A stretch of DNA of 62,716 nt, the filler included. It is 8 parts of 8 records of this genome, joined end to end, with 100 filler letters (N's around TTAATTAATTAA, not from the genome) between each part and the next. Parts side by side here need not be neighbours in the genome. Positions count along the whole stretch, not along the records: positions 1 to 10,783 come from SRR20825010_2968; 7 more parts are not named here. One strand, given 5' to 3'. Position 1 is the stretch's first letter. Each line of letters starts with the position of its first letter. Of this stretch, positions 1-9,227 are shown piece by piece. Made by a program: the position numbers and the translations under genes. The notes beneath the pieces are model-generated. The model had not been told where the DNA came from. It saw only the letters and a list, made by a program, of their open reading frames with translations, and ran no database searches.

Positions 1-51
1 GAACCAGCCTGAAAGACTGAGCATGCAAGGCGTTTTTTAGAGGCTCCTTTA

Positions 52-3000
52 ATGACCGATACCCTGAAACCGCTTTACCAGCAGCTCGACAAAGTACGTC
101 GGGCTGACCGTTTTCGTCTGAAGAAACGGGTTGATGGCCTGGCACGAACGCCGGCCGGGAAACGTAACCCTAAAGCTGTAGATAAAGTCGCCGAGGCCAT
201 GGTCGCCTCCATGGCCAACCGGGATAAACGCCTGGCAGCCGTGCCGGCGCTGGAGTGGCCGGATCTCCCGGTGGTGGCCAGCCGGGAGGATATCAAGCAG
301 GCGATCAGCGACCACCAGGTGGTGGTGATCGCTGGTGAAACCGGCTCAGGAAAAACCACCCAGTTACCGAAAATCTGCCTGGAGTTGGGGCGGGGTATTG
401 AAGGCACCATTGGCCATACCCAGCCTCGTCGGCTGGCGGCCAGAGCGGTGGCAACCCGGGTAGCGGAAGAGCTGCATAGCCCATTGGGCGCCACCGTGGG
501 GTTCAAGGTGCGGTTCTCCGAGCAGGTCAGTGAACATTCGCTGATCAAGGTGCTCACCGATGGCATGCTGCTTAATGAGATTCAGCAGGACCGGTTTCTT
601 AACCAGTACGACACCCTGATTATTGATGAGGCCCACGAGCGCAGCCTGAACATCGATTTTCTGCTTGGCTATCTCAAGCAACTGTTACCGCGCAGGCCTG
701 ATCTGAAAGTGATCATCACCTCGGCCACCATCGATCACCAACGGTTTGCCGAACATTTCGGTGGCGCCCCGGTGCTGGAAGTGTCTGGGCGTACTTTCCC
801 GGTGGAGATGCGTTACCGGCCACCCGCAGACGGACAGGAGCTGTCCCGGCAGGTGGAAGATATCCTGTTGGAAATTCAGCGTGATGAGCGTCGCGATGGC
901 CTGCCCATGGCGCGCGACGTACTGGTGTTTCTGGCTGGTGAACGTGATATCCGCGATGTGCACCACCATTTGAAACGCTGCGCGACTCATGTTTCCAGCC
1001 TGCGTGATACGGAAATCCTGCCGCTGTATGCACGTCTCAGCCAGGCCGAGCAGCACCGGATTTTTTCGTCGCACCGGGGGCGCCGCGTGGTGCTCAGTAC
1101 CAACGTGGCAGAAACCTCACTCACGGTGCCCGGCATTCGCTATGTGATCGATGCCGGTACCGCGCGTATCAGCCGTTATAGCGTGCACTCCAAGGTGCAG
1201 CGCCTGCCGGTGGAGCCGGTGAGTCAGGCCAGTGCCAATCAGCGGGCCGGCCGTAGCGGCCGCGTGATGCCGGGTATCTGTTTCCGCCTGTTTGACGAAG
1301 ACGATTTTCTCAACCGGCCGGCGTTCACCGATCCGGAAATCCAGCGCACCAACCTGGGCGCAGTGATCCTGCAGATGGCAGACCTGCGGTTAGGTAAAGT
1401 GGAGAATTTTCCTTTTATCGAACCACCGGATGGCCGGCTGATTCGCGATGGTTATCGATTGCTGGATGAGCTGGGCGCGCTGACAGAAAAACAGACGCTG
1501 ACCGCACTGGGGCGGCAGCTGGCACGTTTCCCGCTGGACCCCACTCTGGGCCGAATGCTGGTCGCGGCGGCGGAAAAGAAAGTGTTGCGCGAGGCCTTGA
1601 TCGTGGTGTCCGCACTGGCCGCCCAGGATCCTCGGGAACGCCCCCACGATAAGCAGCAACAAGCGGATCAGGCCCACCAGCCTTTCACCGACAAGGAATC
1701 GGATTTTCTGTTCTTTGTGAAGTTGTGGCAGTGGGCGGATTCCCAACGCGAATCCTTGAGCCGCAATCAGTACGAGAAACTGCTCAAGAAAACCTTCCTG
1801 TCTCCCACGCGAATGCGCGAATGGCGCGACACTCATCGTCAACTATTATTGCTGAGTAAAGAGCAGGGCTGGAAACTGAATGCGCCAGTGGAATCCGGAT
1901 TGCCGTTAAGTGAACCTGATAAGGCAAAGAGCAAAAACGGCGATAACGCTCCTCCGTCCCCGCTCTACGCGCCGCTGCATCAGGCGTTGCTTACCGGGTT
2001 GTTGGCTAATGTCATGCAACGCACGGAAGAGGGCGAATGGTTGTCGACGCGAAACCGCAAGCCCCTGGTATGGCCGGGGTCGTCACTGTCAAAGACCAAG
2101 GCGCGCTGGTTGATGGCGGCAGAGCAGGTGGAAACCAGTCGGTTGTTTGCCCGGACCGTGGCAAAAACGGATCCGTTGTGGATCGAACAGGCGGCGGGGC
2201 ACCTGCTCAAACGCCAATACTTTGAGCCGCACTGGTCGAAAAAGCGCGGCTGCGCCATGGCAAAGGAACAGGTCAACCTGTTCGGCTTGATTCTGGCCAG
2301 CGGCAGGCCCGTGAACTATGGGCCCATTCATCCGGAAGAAGCCCGTGAGCTGATGATCCGTGAAGGTTTGGTCATGGGGCATCTGACCCGGGAGCCGCCG
2401 TTTGTGAAAACCAATCGCGAGCGTTTTGAAACACTGGAGGAGATGGAGCACAAACTGCGCCGTCGGGATATTTTGGTGGATGAAGAAGCGCGTGTGGCTT
2501 TCTACGATGCGCGCCTGCCCGGTGACCTTCACACTGTCGCCGGGCTGATGAACTGGTACAGCAAACAGGCCAGCGAGGAACAGAAAACCGCGTTGCTCAT
2601 GGATGAGGGTTTCCTGCTTTCGCGAAGCCCTGATCTGGGCAGCGATCAGTTTCCCGATCAACTGAAACTCGATGGGCTGCGCCTGCCGCTGGAATACAGC
2701 TTTGATCCCACCGGGGAGCGCGATGGGGTTACCCTGATCGTGCCGTTGGCTGCGCTGAATCAGGTATCCGAGGCGCGACTGGACTGGCTGGTGCCCGGCT
2801 TGCTGCGTGAAAAGCTGGAAGCGTTGATTCGGGCCTTGCCGAAGGCCCGCCGTCGTCACTTTGTGCCGGTGCCAGATTATGTCAGCGCCCTGATGGAAAC
2901 TCTGACGCCGGATGAGCCGTTGTTGCCGGCCATGACCCGGGAACTGCAACGCATGACCGGGCTGCGTGTTGAGCTTGAGGAGTGGCAGGCTGCCACTTTG

Positions 3001-4002
3001 CCGGACCATCTGCGCATGTTTATTCAGGTGGTGGATCGTGTTGACGGCAAACGCAAGGTGCTCGCCCAGGGGCGTAGCCTGGACGACGTAAAAGACCGGC
3101 TGGCCGGCGTCACCCGTGATCTTCCCAAACCCAGGGAGACCACGCCGGCATTGCGTGGTCAGGAATGGCTGTTTGGTGATCTGCCGGAAACCGAGGATCA
3201 GGACCTGGGGGGCATGACCGTGCGCCGTTTCCCGGTGCTGGTGGATATTGGCAGCGAAGTAGAGCTGCAGTATCGGGACGATGAAGTCGAGGGTGCCTGG
3301 GCACACCGATGGGGCACGGCCCGCTTGTTGAGCTTCAAACTGTCGGTGCAGCTACGGGATCTGCGCAAGCAGGCTTCGCAAATGGCGGGTTTCCAGAAGC
3401 TGAAAACCGAGAAAGGTCCCATGGCCCGCAACGCGCTGGATCACGCCCTGCTGCGGTTATTGGCCGAGCATTTCCAGCTGGATAAGCCGGTGCGTAACGA
3501 GACGTCGTTTCGGGACCGACTCAATGCCCACCGTGGAGATTTTGTGCCTTGGGCACAGCAGCAATTGGCGACCCTGGGAAAATTGTTCGCACATTATCGG
3601 CAGCTGATGGGAACACTGGAGAAGAACTTTCCGCTGGCCTGGGCCCATGCCCATCGCGACCTGAAGCAGCAACTTGGGCAATTATTTCCCGATGATGTGT
3701 TGTTACAGGTGCCCTGGGCCTGGTTACAGGAATACCCCCGGCTACTGGGGGCGATTGATCATCGCCTGGATAAGCTGGGAGGGCAGATTGGCAAGGATCG
3801 CACTCTCAGTGCGGAGCTGGAGGCGTACAGCAAACAGCATGAAACCCGGGCTGCTGGCGCCCCGTTATGGAAGCAATCCGAGCCCTTGCAGCAGTTTTTC
3901 TGGATGCTGCAGGAATACCGGGTGAGTCTGTTTGCCCAGCAACTGGGCACCAAACTGCCGGTTTCAGCGAAACGACTGAATAAACAGTGGGAGCAATGCT
4001 GA
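52..4002 (+). CDS. hrpA: ATP-dependent RNA helicase HrpA
   Basis: 1316 aa; GETGSGKTT Walker A, DEAH box, SAT and QRAGRSGR motifs; C-terminal end RVSLFAQQLGT typical of HrpA. Confidence 0.97.
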   Translation: MTDTLKPLYQQLDKVRRADRFRLKKRVDGLARTPAGKRNPKAVDKVAEAMVASMANRDKRLAAVPALEWPDLPVVASREDIKQAISDHQVVVIAGETGSGKTTQLPKICLELGRGIEGTIGHTQPRRLAARAVATRVAEELHSPLGATVGFKVRFSEQVSEHSLIKVLTDGMLLNEIQQDRFLNQYDTLIIDEAHERSLNIDFLLGYLKQLLPRRPDLKVIITSATIDHQRFAEHFGGAPVLEVSGRTFPVEMRYRPPADGQELSRQVEDILLEIQRDERRDGLPMARDVLVFLAGERDIRDVHHHLKRCATHVSSLRDTEILPLYARLSQAEQHRIFSSHRGRRVVLSTNVAETSLTVPGIRYVIDAGTARISRYSVHSKVQRLPVEPVSQASANQRAGRSGRVMPGICFRLFDEDDFLNRPAFTDPEIQRTNLGAVILQMADLRLGKVENFPFIEPPDGRLIRDGYRLLDELGALTEKQTLTALGRQLARFPLDPTLGRMLVAAAEKKVLREALIVVSALAAQDPRERPHDKQQQADQAHQPFTDKESDFLFFVKLWQWADSQRESLSRNQYEKLLKKTFLSPTRMREWRDTHRQLLLLSKEQGWKLNAPVESGLPLSEPDKAKSKNGDNAPPSPLYAPLHQALLTGLLANVMQRTEEGEWLSTRNRKPLVWPGSSLSKTKARWLMAAEQVETSRLFARTVAKTDPLWIEQAAGHLLKRQYFEPHWSKKRGCAMAKEQVNLFGLILASGRPVNYGPIHPEEARELMIREGLVMGHLTREPPFVKTNRERFETLEEMEHKLRRRDILVDEEARVAFYDARLPGDLHTVAGLMNWYSKQASEEQKTALLMDEGFLLSRSPDLGSDQFPDQLKLDGLRLPLEYSFDPTGERDGVTLIVPLAALNQVSEARLDWLVPGLLREKLEALIRALPKARRRHFVPVPDYVSALMETLTPDEPLLPAMTRELQRMTGLRVELEEWQAATLPDHLRMFIQVVDRVDGKRKVLAQGRSLDDVKDRLAGVTRDLPKPRETTPALRGQEWLFGDLPETEDQDLGGMTVRRFPVLVDIGSEVELQYRDDEVEGAWAHRWGTARLLSFKLSVQLRDLRKQASQMAGFQKLKTEKGPMARNALDHALLRLLAEHFQLDKPVRNETSFRDRLNAHRGDFVPWAQQQLATLGKLFAHYRQLMGTLEKNFPLAWAHAHRDLKQQLGQLFPDDVLLQVPWAWLQEYPRLLGAIDHRLDKLGGQIGKDRTLSAELEAYSKQHETRAAGAPLWKQSEPLQQFFWMLQEYRVSLFAQQLGTKLPVSAKRLNKQWEQC

Positions 4003-4194
4003 AGGGCGAATATAGGCTTGCTTACGGCGCTCCAGGTACAGCACAAGACGTAAACGGGCCTCTGAACGACCGTAATAACCAACAAAATGGGCCCTGGTGC
4101 CTTTGCGCCGGGCCCACTGAATCCGGATAATCGACCCATTATCTAATTTGCTGTAGCAGGGCGGCTGGCCCTGCATTAGTGCGAGGACTCGCTT

Positions 4195-5325
4195 GTGAGC
4201 TATTCGGTTGTAATCAGTGGGACCGGCCTGTGGACTCCGGCCCAGACCATCACCAACGACGAACTGGTGGAATCATTCAATGAATACGTGGAGCGTTATA
4301 ACGCCCGCAATGCACAAGCCATCGAAGCCGGCGAGCTGGAGGCCCTGGGCCCGTCCAACAGCGCTTTCATTGAAAAGGCGTCAGGCATTAAGCAGCGTTA
4401 TGTGATTGATAAAACAGGGATTCTTGACCCTGATCGTCTCGCTCCCCGTATTGATGAGCGCACTGATGACGAGGTGTCCATCCAGGCTGAGATCGCGGTC
4501 AAGGCCGCCAAACAGGCACTGGACAATGCCGGCCTGGCAGCCAATGACCTGGATGCCGTGTTGGTGGCCTGTTCCAATATGCAGCGTGCCTACCCGGCCA
4601 TGGCAGTGGAAGTGCAAGCGGCCCTGGGGATGGACCACGGCTGGGGTTACGACATGAATGTGGCCTGTTCCAGTGCCACTTTCGGGATCCAGGCTGGCGT
4701 GGACGCGATCCGCAATGGCAGTGCCCGCCGGGTGCTGATGGTGAACCCGGAAATCTGCTCGGCACACCTGGCCTGGGAAGATCGTGATTGCCACTTCATT
4801 TTCGGTGACGTGGCCACGGCCGTGATTCTGGAGCGCAAGGAAGACGCCAATTCCAGCAATCAATGGGAGATTATGGGCACTCGCCTGCAAACCAAGTTTT
4901 CCAACAATATTCGTAATAACTTTGGCTTCCTGAACCGGGCTGATGAGCGTGGCGTGGGCGCCCGTGACAAGCTGTTTCGTCAAGAAGGACGAAAGGTTTT
5001 CAAGGAAGTCTGCCCCATGGTTGCCGAGCAGATCAGCTCGCACTTGGCCGATACCCAGGTGCCGGTCGACTCTGTCAGCCGCATGTGGCTGCACCAGGCC
5101 AACCTGAGCATGAACGAACTGATTTCCAAACGGGTACTGGGCCGTCCCGCCACCCGTGAGGAAGCTCCGGTTATTCTGGATGCATACGCCAACACCAGCT
5201 CAGCGGGCTCGATGATTGCGTTTCACAAATACAATGAAGATCTGCCCGTGGACACCAAGGGCGTTATCTGTTCCTTCGGTGCCGGTTATTCCATCGGCAG
5301 CGTTATTGTGAACCGCATCAAATAA
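4195..5325 (+). CDS. fabH: Beta-ketoacyl-ACP synthase III, long PA3286-like form
   Basis: 376 aa from GTG; Cys-His-Asn triad in VACSS, WLHQAN, YANTSSA; FGAGYS C-terminal motif. Confidence 0.9.
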   Translation: MSYSVVISGTGLWTPAQTITNDELVESFNEYVERYNARNAQAIEAGELEALGPSNSAFIEKASGIKQRYVIDKTGILDPDRLAPRIDERTDDEVSIQAEIAVKAAKQALDNAGLAANDLDAVLVACSNMQRAYPAMAVEVQAALGMDHGWGYDMNVACSSATFGIQAGVDAIRNGSARRVLMVNPEICSAHLAWEDRDCHFIFGDVATAVILERKEDANSSNQWEIMGTRLQTKFSNNIRNNFGFLNRADERGVGARDKLFRQEGRKVFKEVCPMVAEQISSHLADTQVPVDSVSRMWLHQANLSMNELISKRVLGRPATREEAPVILDAYANTSSAGSMIAFHKYNEDLPVDTKGVICSFGAGYSIGSVIVNRIK

Positions 5326-5352
5326 CCACTACTGCATTCACATGCTCTTCAC

Positions 5353-5385
5353 AAGGCCGCATTTTGCGGCCTTTTTTCTTTTTTT
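5353..5385 (+). terminator. Rho-independent terminator after the KAS III gene
   Basis: AAGGCCGCA-TTT-TGCGGCCTT stem followed by a long T tract. Confidence 0.85.
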
Positions 5386-5538
5386 GGCCTGTAGCCGTAA
5401 CGTTTACCTCACGCCAGCATCTCTATATTGTCTGTGTCAGGTGCTCTTGATTTGAGCGGGTGCCTGAGCCGTTAAAACGGCTTCGGACATGACATTCAAT
5501 AATGTACACCCTCAATAAAGTAAGTATGGAGACTTAAC

Positions 5539-5835
5539 ATGGCTAAGCTGACTAAATTGAACCCCCTCGCTGCTACCGTTGGTGCTGCTGTTGTCGCTTC
5601 TGCACTCTCTGCACCAGTGGCCCAGGCTGCTGAAAATCCGTTTGCTGCTGCTGACCTGAGCGCTGGCTACCAGTTGGCCTCAGATCACGCTGAAGGCAAG
5701 TGTGGTGAAGGCAAGTGCGGCGAAGACAAGAAAGCCGAAGGCAACTGTGGTGAAAAAGGCGCCGAAGGTAAATGTGGTGAAGACAAGAAAGGCGAAGGCA
5801 AGTGTGGTGAAGGCAAATGCGGCGGTGACGCATAA
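5539..5835 (+). CDS. hvfA: HvfA-family exported RiPP precursor with EGKCG repeats
   Basis: Sec signal ending AQA, AENPF motif, six EG(K/N)CG units; directly upstream of a DUF692 gene. Confidence 0.88.
   Translation: MAKLTKLNPLAATVGAAVVASALSAPVAQAAENPFAAADLSAGYQLASDHAEGKCGEGKCGEDKKAEGNCGEKGAEGKCGEDKKGEGKCGEGKCGGDA
5692..5823 (+). repeat. Coding tandem repeat of mostly 15-bp units (GAAGGCAAGTGTGGT-like)
   Basis: Six Cys-coding units separated by EDKKA, EKGA and EDKKG spacers. Confidence 0.9.
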
Positions 5836-5847
5836 GGGCGCCTGATC

Positions 5848-6759
5848 ATGAAAACTGAGACACCAGTGTCCGGAGTGGGCCTGGGTCTTCGGCGGGCCCT
5901 CATGGGCCCGCTTTCACAGGCCCATGATTCCGCGCCTGACAGTATCCCTTTTGATTTTATGGAAGTGGCGCCAGAGAACTGGATTCCCATGGGCGGCCGT
6001 CTGGGTAAAGAGTTTCGTGCCTTTACCGAGCGCTATCCCTTTGTGACTCACGGGCTGAGTTTGTCACTGGGTGGGCCAGAACCGCTGGATTTCGAATTAC
6101 TGAAGTCGGTGAAGTCGTTTCTTAAAGAACACAACATTCGCCGCTATACGGAACACCTGAGTTATTGCAGTGACCACGGTCATCTCTATGATTTGATGCC
6201 GATTCCCTTTACGGAAGAGGCGGTGCATTACGTGGCGGATCGTATTCGCCAGGTGCAGGACTTTCTTGAACAACCGATCGGCATTGAACACGTTAGCTAC
6301 TATGCTCGGTTGGGGAATGCCGTGCCCGGTGCAGAAATGTCAGAGATCGATTTCGTCAAAGCCGTATTGCAGGAGGCTGACTGCGAACTGCTACTGGATG
6401 TGAATAATGCCTATGTGAATGGTATTAATCACGGCTATGACCCCTACGACTTTATTTCCGCATTGCCTGGTGAACGCATTTGTTATTTGCACATCGCAGG
6501 CCATTTCGATGAAGCGGAAGATTTGAAAGTGGATACCCACGGCAGCGATGTGATCGATCCAGTGTGGGCATTATTGGACCATGCATATCAGACGTTTGGT
6601 GCACTTCCCACGTTGCTGGAACGGGACTTCAATATTCCGGATAACGACACCTTGTTTGCCGAGTTGCGCAAGATTGGCGGTTATCAGCAACACTATGCGA
6701 GCGCGACCATAAAGGCATCCGCACCTGGCTCGTCTTCCAGAAAGTCTGTGCTGTTATGA
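5848..6759 (+). CDS. hvfB: DUF692 multinuclear non-heme iron oxidase (MNIO) RiPP maturase
   Basis: GLGLRR, EVAPENW, HGLSLSLGG, EHLSY, LLDVNN, HIAGH, DTHG, LLERDFN motifs. Confidence 0.93.
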   Translation: MKTETPVSGVGLGLRRALMGPLSQAHDSAPDSIPFDFMEVAPENWIPMGGRLGKEFRAFTERYPFVTHGLSLSLGGPEPLDFELLKSVKSFLKEHNIRRYTEHLSYCSDHGHLYDLMPIPFTEEAVHYVADRIRQVQDFLEQPIGIEHVSYYARLGNAVPGAEMSEIDFVKAVLQEADCELLLDVNNAYVNGINHGYDPYDFISALPGERICYLHIAGHFDEAEDLKVDTHGSDVIDPVWALLDHAYQTFGALPTLLERDFNIPDNDTLFAELRKIGGYQQHYASATIKASAPGSSSRKSVLL

Positions 6760-7526
6760 AAGCCCCGTATTTTCAGACGCTACAGAGGGAATTTGCTGCG
6801 CACTTGCGTAACCCGGATTCGTATCCTGCCCCCGACGGCATCGAAGAGCGGCGTCTGGATATTTATCGCAATCTGTTTTTCAACAATGTAAACGGTTTTT
6901 TGCGCCAGGGATTTCCTGTGCTGCACAGCCTGCTGGACAGTGCCCGTTGGCAAAGACTGGCCAGGGCATTCTTTGAAAAACATGCCAGTCGAACCCCTTA
7001 TTTTCTGGAAATTCCCCGGGAATTTGTCATCTTTCTGGCCAGCGGCCAGGGTAGTGAGCCCGGCGATCCGGTTTTTATGCTGGAGCTGGCGCATTACGAG
7101 TGGATGGAGCTGGTGCTGGATGCCTCAACAGAAACCTTCCCGGAGACCGGGTTTCATCCGGATGGAGATCTGCTCCGTGCGATTCCTCAGCTTAGCCCGC
7201 TGCATGAGATACTGAGCTACCGCTTTCCTGTGCACAAAATTTGTAGCGAATTTCAGCCTCAGGAACCGCTTGAGCAACCGGTCTGGTTACTGGTATATCG
7301 TGGCCGGGATGATGACGTGCGCTTTATGGAAATCAACGCGCCGACTGCCAGATTGCTGCAGTTGATTGGCGAACACCCAACGGAGACGGGGAAAGCAGTG
7401 GTGAGGCGCCTGGCTGAGGAAATGCAGTTTGCGGACGTGGCGGCACTGGAAACTTTTTCTCGCGATATTCTGCAACAAATGCGTGAGCGGGACATCCTTA
7501 TAGGAACCTCACTGAGTCGCCTGTAA
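6756..7526 (+). CDS. hvfC: DUF2063 / HvfC MNIO partner protein
   Basis: RLDIYRNLFFNN, FPV, PYFLEI, ELAHYEW motifs; ATGA overlap with the DUF692 gene. Confidence 0.88.
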   Translation: MKAPYFQTLQREFAAHLRNPDSYPAPDGIEERRLDIYRNLFFNNVNGFLRQGFPVLHSLLDSARWQRLARAFFEKHASRTPYFLEIPREFVIFLASGQGSEPGDPVFMLELAHYEWMELVLDASTETFPETGFHPDGDLLRAIPQLSPLHEILSYRFPVHKICSEFQPQEPLEQPVWLLVYRGRDDDVRFMEINAPTARLLQLIGEHPTETGKAVVRRLAEEMQFADVAALETFSRDILQQMRERDILIGTSLSRL

Positions 7527-7537
7527 GGAACCTGACG

Positions 7538-8206
7538 ATGACCACGCTACTGTCTTTGTTTCACCGCATTCATGCGGCGTTGAATCACACCCGTATTGCC
7601 GATTTCCTTGCGCCTCTGGCGCTTCGTTTGTTTCTGGCTCCGGTGATGTTCAGCGCTGGATATAACAAGGCCATGAGCTTTGAGAGTATGGTGTCCTGGT
7701 TTGGCAACAGTGAATGGGGGCTGGGTTTGCCTTTTCCGGCGTTACTGGCCTTTCTCGCGACGGCCACCGAGCTGGTTGGCGGTATCTTGCTGCTACTGGG
7801 CCTTTTCACCCGTTATATCAGCATCCCGTTGATGTTCACCATGCTGGTCGCCATTGGCTCCGTACATTGGGAGAACGGCTGGTTTGCCATCGCACCGGGC
7901 AACCCGGCGACCAGCATGGCTGCGCCCCTGGCCGAGGTCGGGTTTCCGGGGGCCGTGGAAAGTTTGCAGAACAGTGAGGCTGTGGGCGAGCGCTTGGGCC
8001 GGGCGCGGGCCATTCTGCGCGAGCACGGACAGTACGACTGGCTTACCGGTAAAGGCAATTTTGTGGTGCTGAATAATGGCATTGAATTTGCCGTTACTTA
8101 CCTGGTTATGCTGTTGGTGTTGTTCTTCTCCGGGGCCGGCCGTTTTGTCAGCCTGGACTACTGGATTGCCCGTCGTTGCTGGGCTCGCGCCAGATCGAAT
8201 GTGTAA
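7538..8206 (+). CDS. DoxX-family membrane protein (HvfX-like)
   Basis: LALRLFLAP, ELVGGILLLLGLFTR, VHW, NNGIEF, GAGRFVSLD motifs; last gene of the MNIO operon. Confidence 0.88.
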   Translation: MTTLLSLFHRIHAALNHTRIADFLAPLALRLFLAPVMFSAGYNKAMSFESMVSWFGNSEWGLGLPFPALLAFLATATELVGGILLLLGLFTRYISIPLMFTMLVAIGSVHWENGWFAIAPGNPATSMAAPLAEVGFPGAVESLQNSEAVGERLGRARAILREHGQYDWLTGKGNFVVLNNGIEFAVTYLVMLLVLFFSGAGRFVSLDYWIARRCWARARSNV

Positions 8207-8271
8207 AACCTGTGCGGGTTGGGTAACGGTTTGCCGGAGGCACTGTTCGTAGGGGGTGGGGCGTCGCTATA

Positions 8272-9075
8272 ATGCGGCGTCCATTACTGTCCGGGGTGTC
8301 CGTGCGTTATCTATTGCTGAGCTTGCTGTTATGTCTGCCATTCGCCGTTCAGGCGGAAGAAGACTGGGGGGATGCGTCCACAGCATTTGATTCCCCGGAC
8401 GGCAAACCCAAATACGAAGATCCCTGGGAAGATATCAACCGCAAGATCTTTGCTTTCAACGAAGCACTGGATAAATACGGCCTGAAGCCCGTTGCCAAGG
8501 GGTACGACAAGGTCACGCCACAGTGGATGAACGACACCATCACCCGTTTTTATGAAAACCTGCGTGATTTTCGCAGCGGGCTGAACAGTGTCCTGCAGTG
8601 GCGCTGGGGGCATGTGGGCCAGAATTGGGGCCGGTTTGCGGTCAATACCACGCTAGGCATTGGTGGCTTGTTTGATGTGGCCAGCAAGGTGGATCTGGAG
8701 AAGCGCAATACCGATCTGGGCCTGACGTTTGCCCGCTGGGGAATTCCTGAAGGTCCTTACATGGTTTTGCCATTCTGGGGGCCGTCTACGGGCCGGGATG
8801 CTGCGGCTATCCTGCCGGAAGACTACATGCGCCCGCGTCACTATATCCCCCACGACCTGACCCGCCACAGTTTTACGGCGGTGTATGTGGTCGACTTGCG
8901 GGCTGACTTGCTGGATCTGGAACGCAATATCGTTGGCGACCGCTATACCTTCCTGCGCAATGCCTATCTGCAACGCCGCCGTTTTGAAAGCGGTGACCGG
9001 CCGTCGTTGCGCTTCCCCGAGATTGAAGCTCGCGATTCGGAACTCAATGACGAGTACGAAGACGAGGGGTGGTGA
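8272..9075 (+). CDS. mlaA: MlaA/VacJ family phospholipid-asymmetry protein
   Basis: DPWEDINR..FN, RFAVNTTLGIGGLFD, DLGLT, GPYMVLPFWGPS, RNAYLQRR; the start may be the GTG at 8302. Confidence 0.92.
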   Translation: MRRPLLSGVSVRYLLLSLLLCLPFAVQAEEDWGDASTAFDSPDGKPKYEDPWEDINRKIFAFNEALDKYGLKPVAKGYDKVTPQWMNDTITRFYENLRDFRSGLNSVLQWRWGHVGQNWGRFAVNTTLGIGGLFDVASKVDLEKRNTDLGLTFARWGIPEGPYMVLPFWGPSTGRDAAAILPEDYMRPRHYIPHDLTRHSFTAVYVVDLRADLLDLERNIVGDRYTFLRNAYLQRRRFESGDRPSLRFPEIEARDSELNDEYEDEGW

Positions 9076-9079
9076 AGAG

Positions 9080-9227
9080 AGTTGACAGTTGATAGTGGAC
9101 AGCTACGCGCTCAGGGTTTTCTGTTTTCCAATTTTAAGAGACCGCGCCCCTAGCAAGGGCGCGGTCTCTTAGGTTTAAAGTAAAGACGAAAGCCAGCTCG
9201 CGAGCTGTCAACGATCAGCTGTCAATT
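9080..9227. repeat. Inverted pair of heptamer arrays (AGTTGAC-type)
   Basis: AGTTGAC AGTTGAT AGTGGAC AGCT at 9080-9104; near reverse complement AGCT GTCAACG ATCAGCT GTCAATT at 9203-9227. Confidence 0.75.
9135..9171. terminator. Strong hairpin between convergent mlaA and terB-like genes, probable bidirectional terminator
   Basis: Perfect 15-bp stem TAAGAGACCGCGCCC / GGGCGCGGTCTCTTA with a 7-nt loop. Confidence 0.7.

Noticed and set aside
4090-4174. Two GC-rich hairpins between hrpA and the KAS III gene
   Set aside because: No T tails and no other copies in the window; cannot be assigned as terminator or REP
5390-5425. Possible ECF sigma promoter for the RiPP operon
   Set aside because: GTAAC is present, but there is no convincing -10 element at the expected spacing
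5692-5823. Repeat-spacer pattern resembling a mini CRISPR array
   Set aside because: Units are in-frame 15-bp coding repeats that vary at wobble positions; no cas genes
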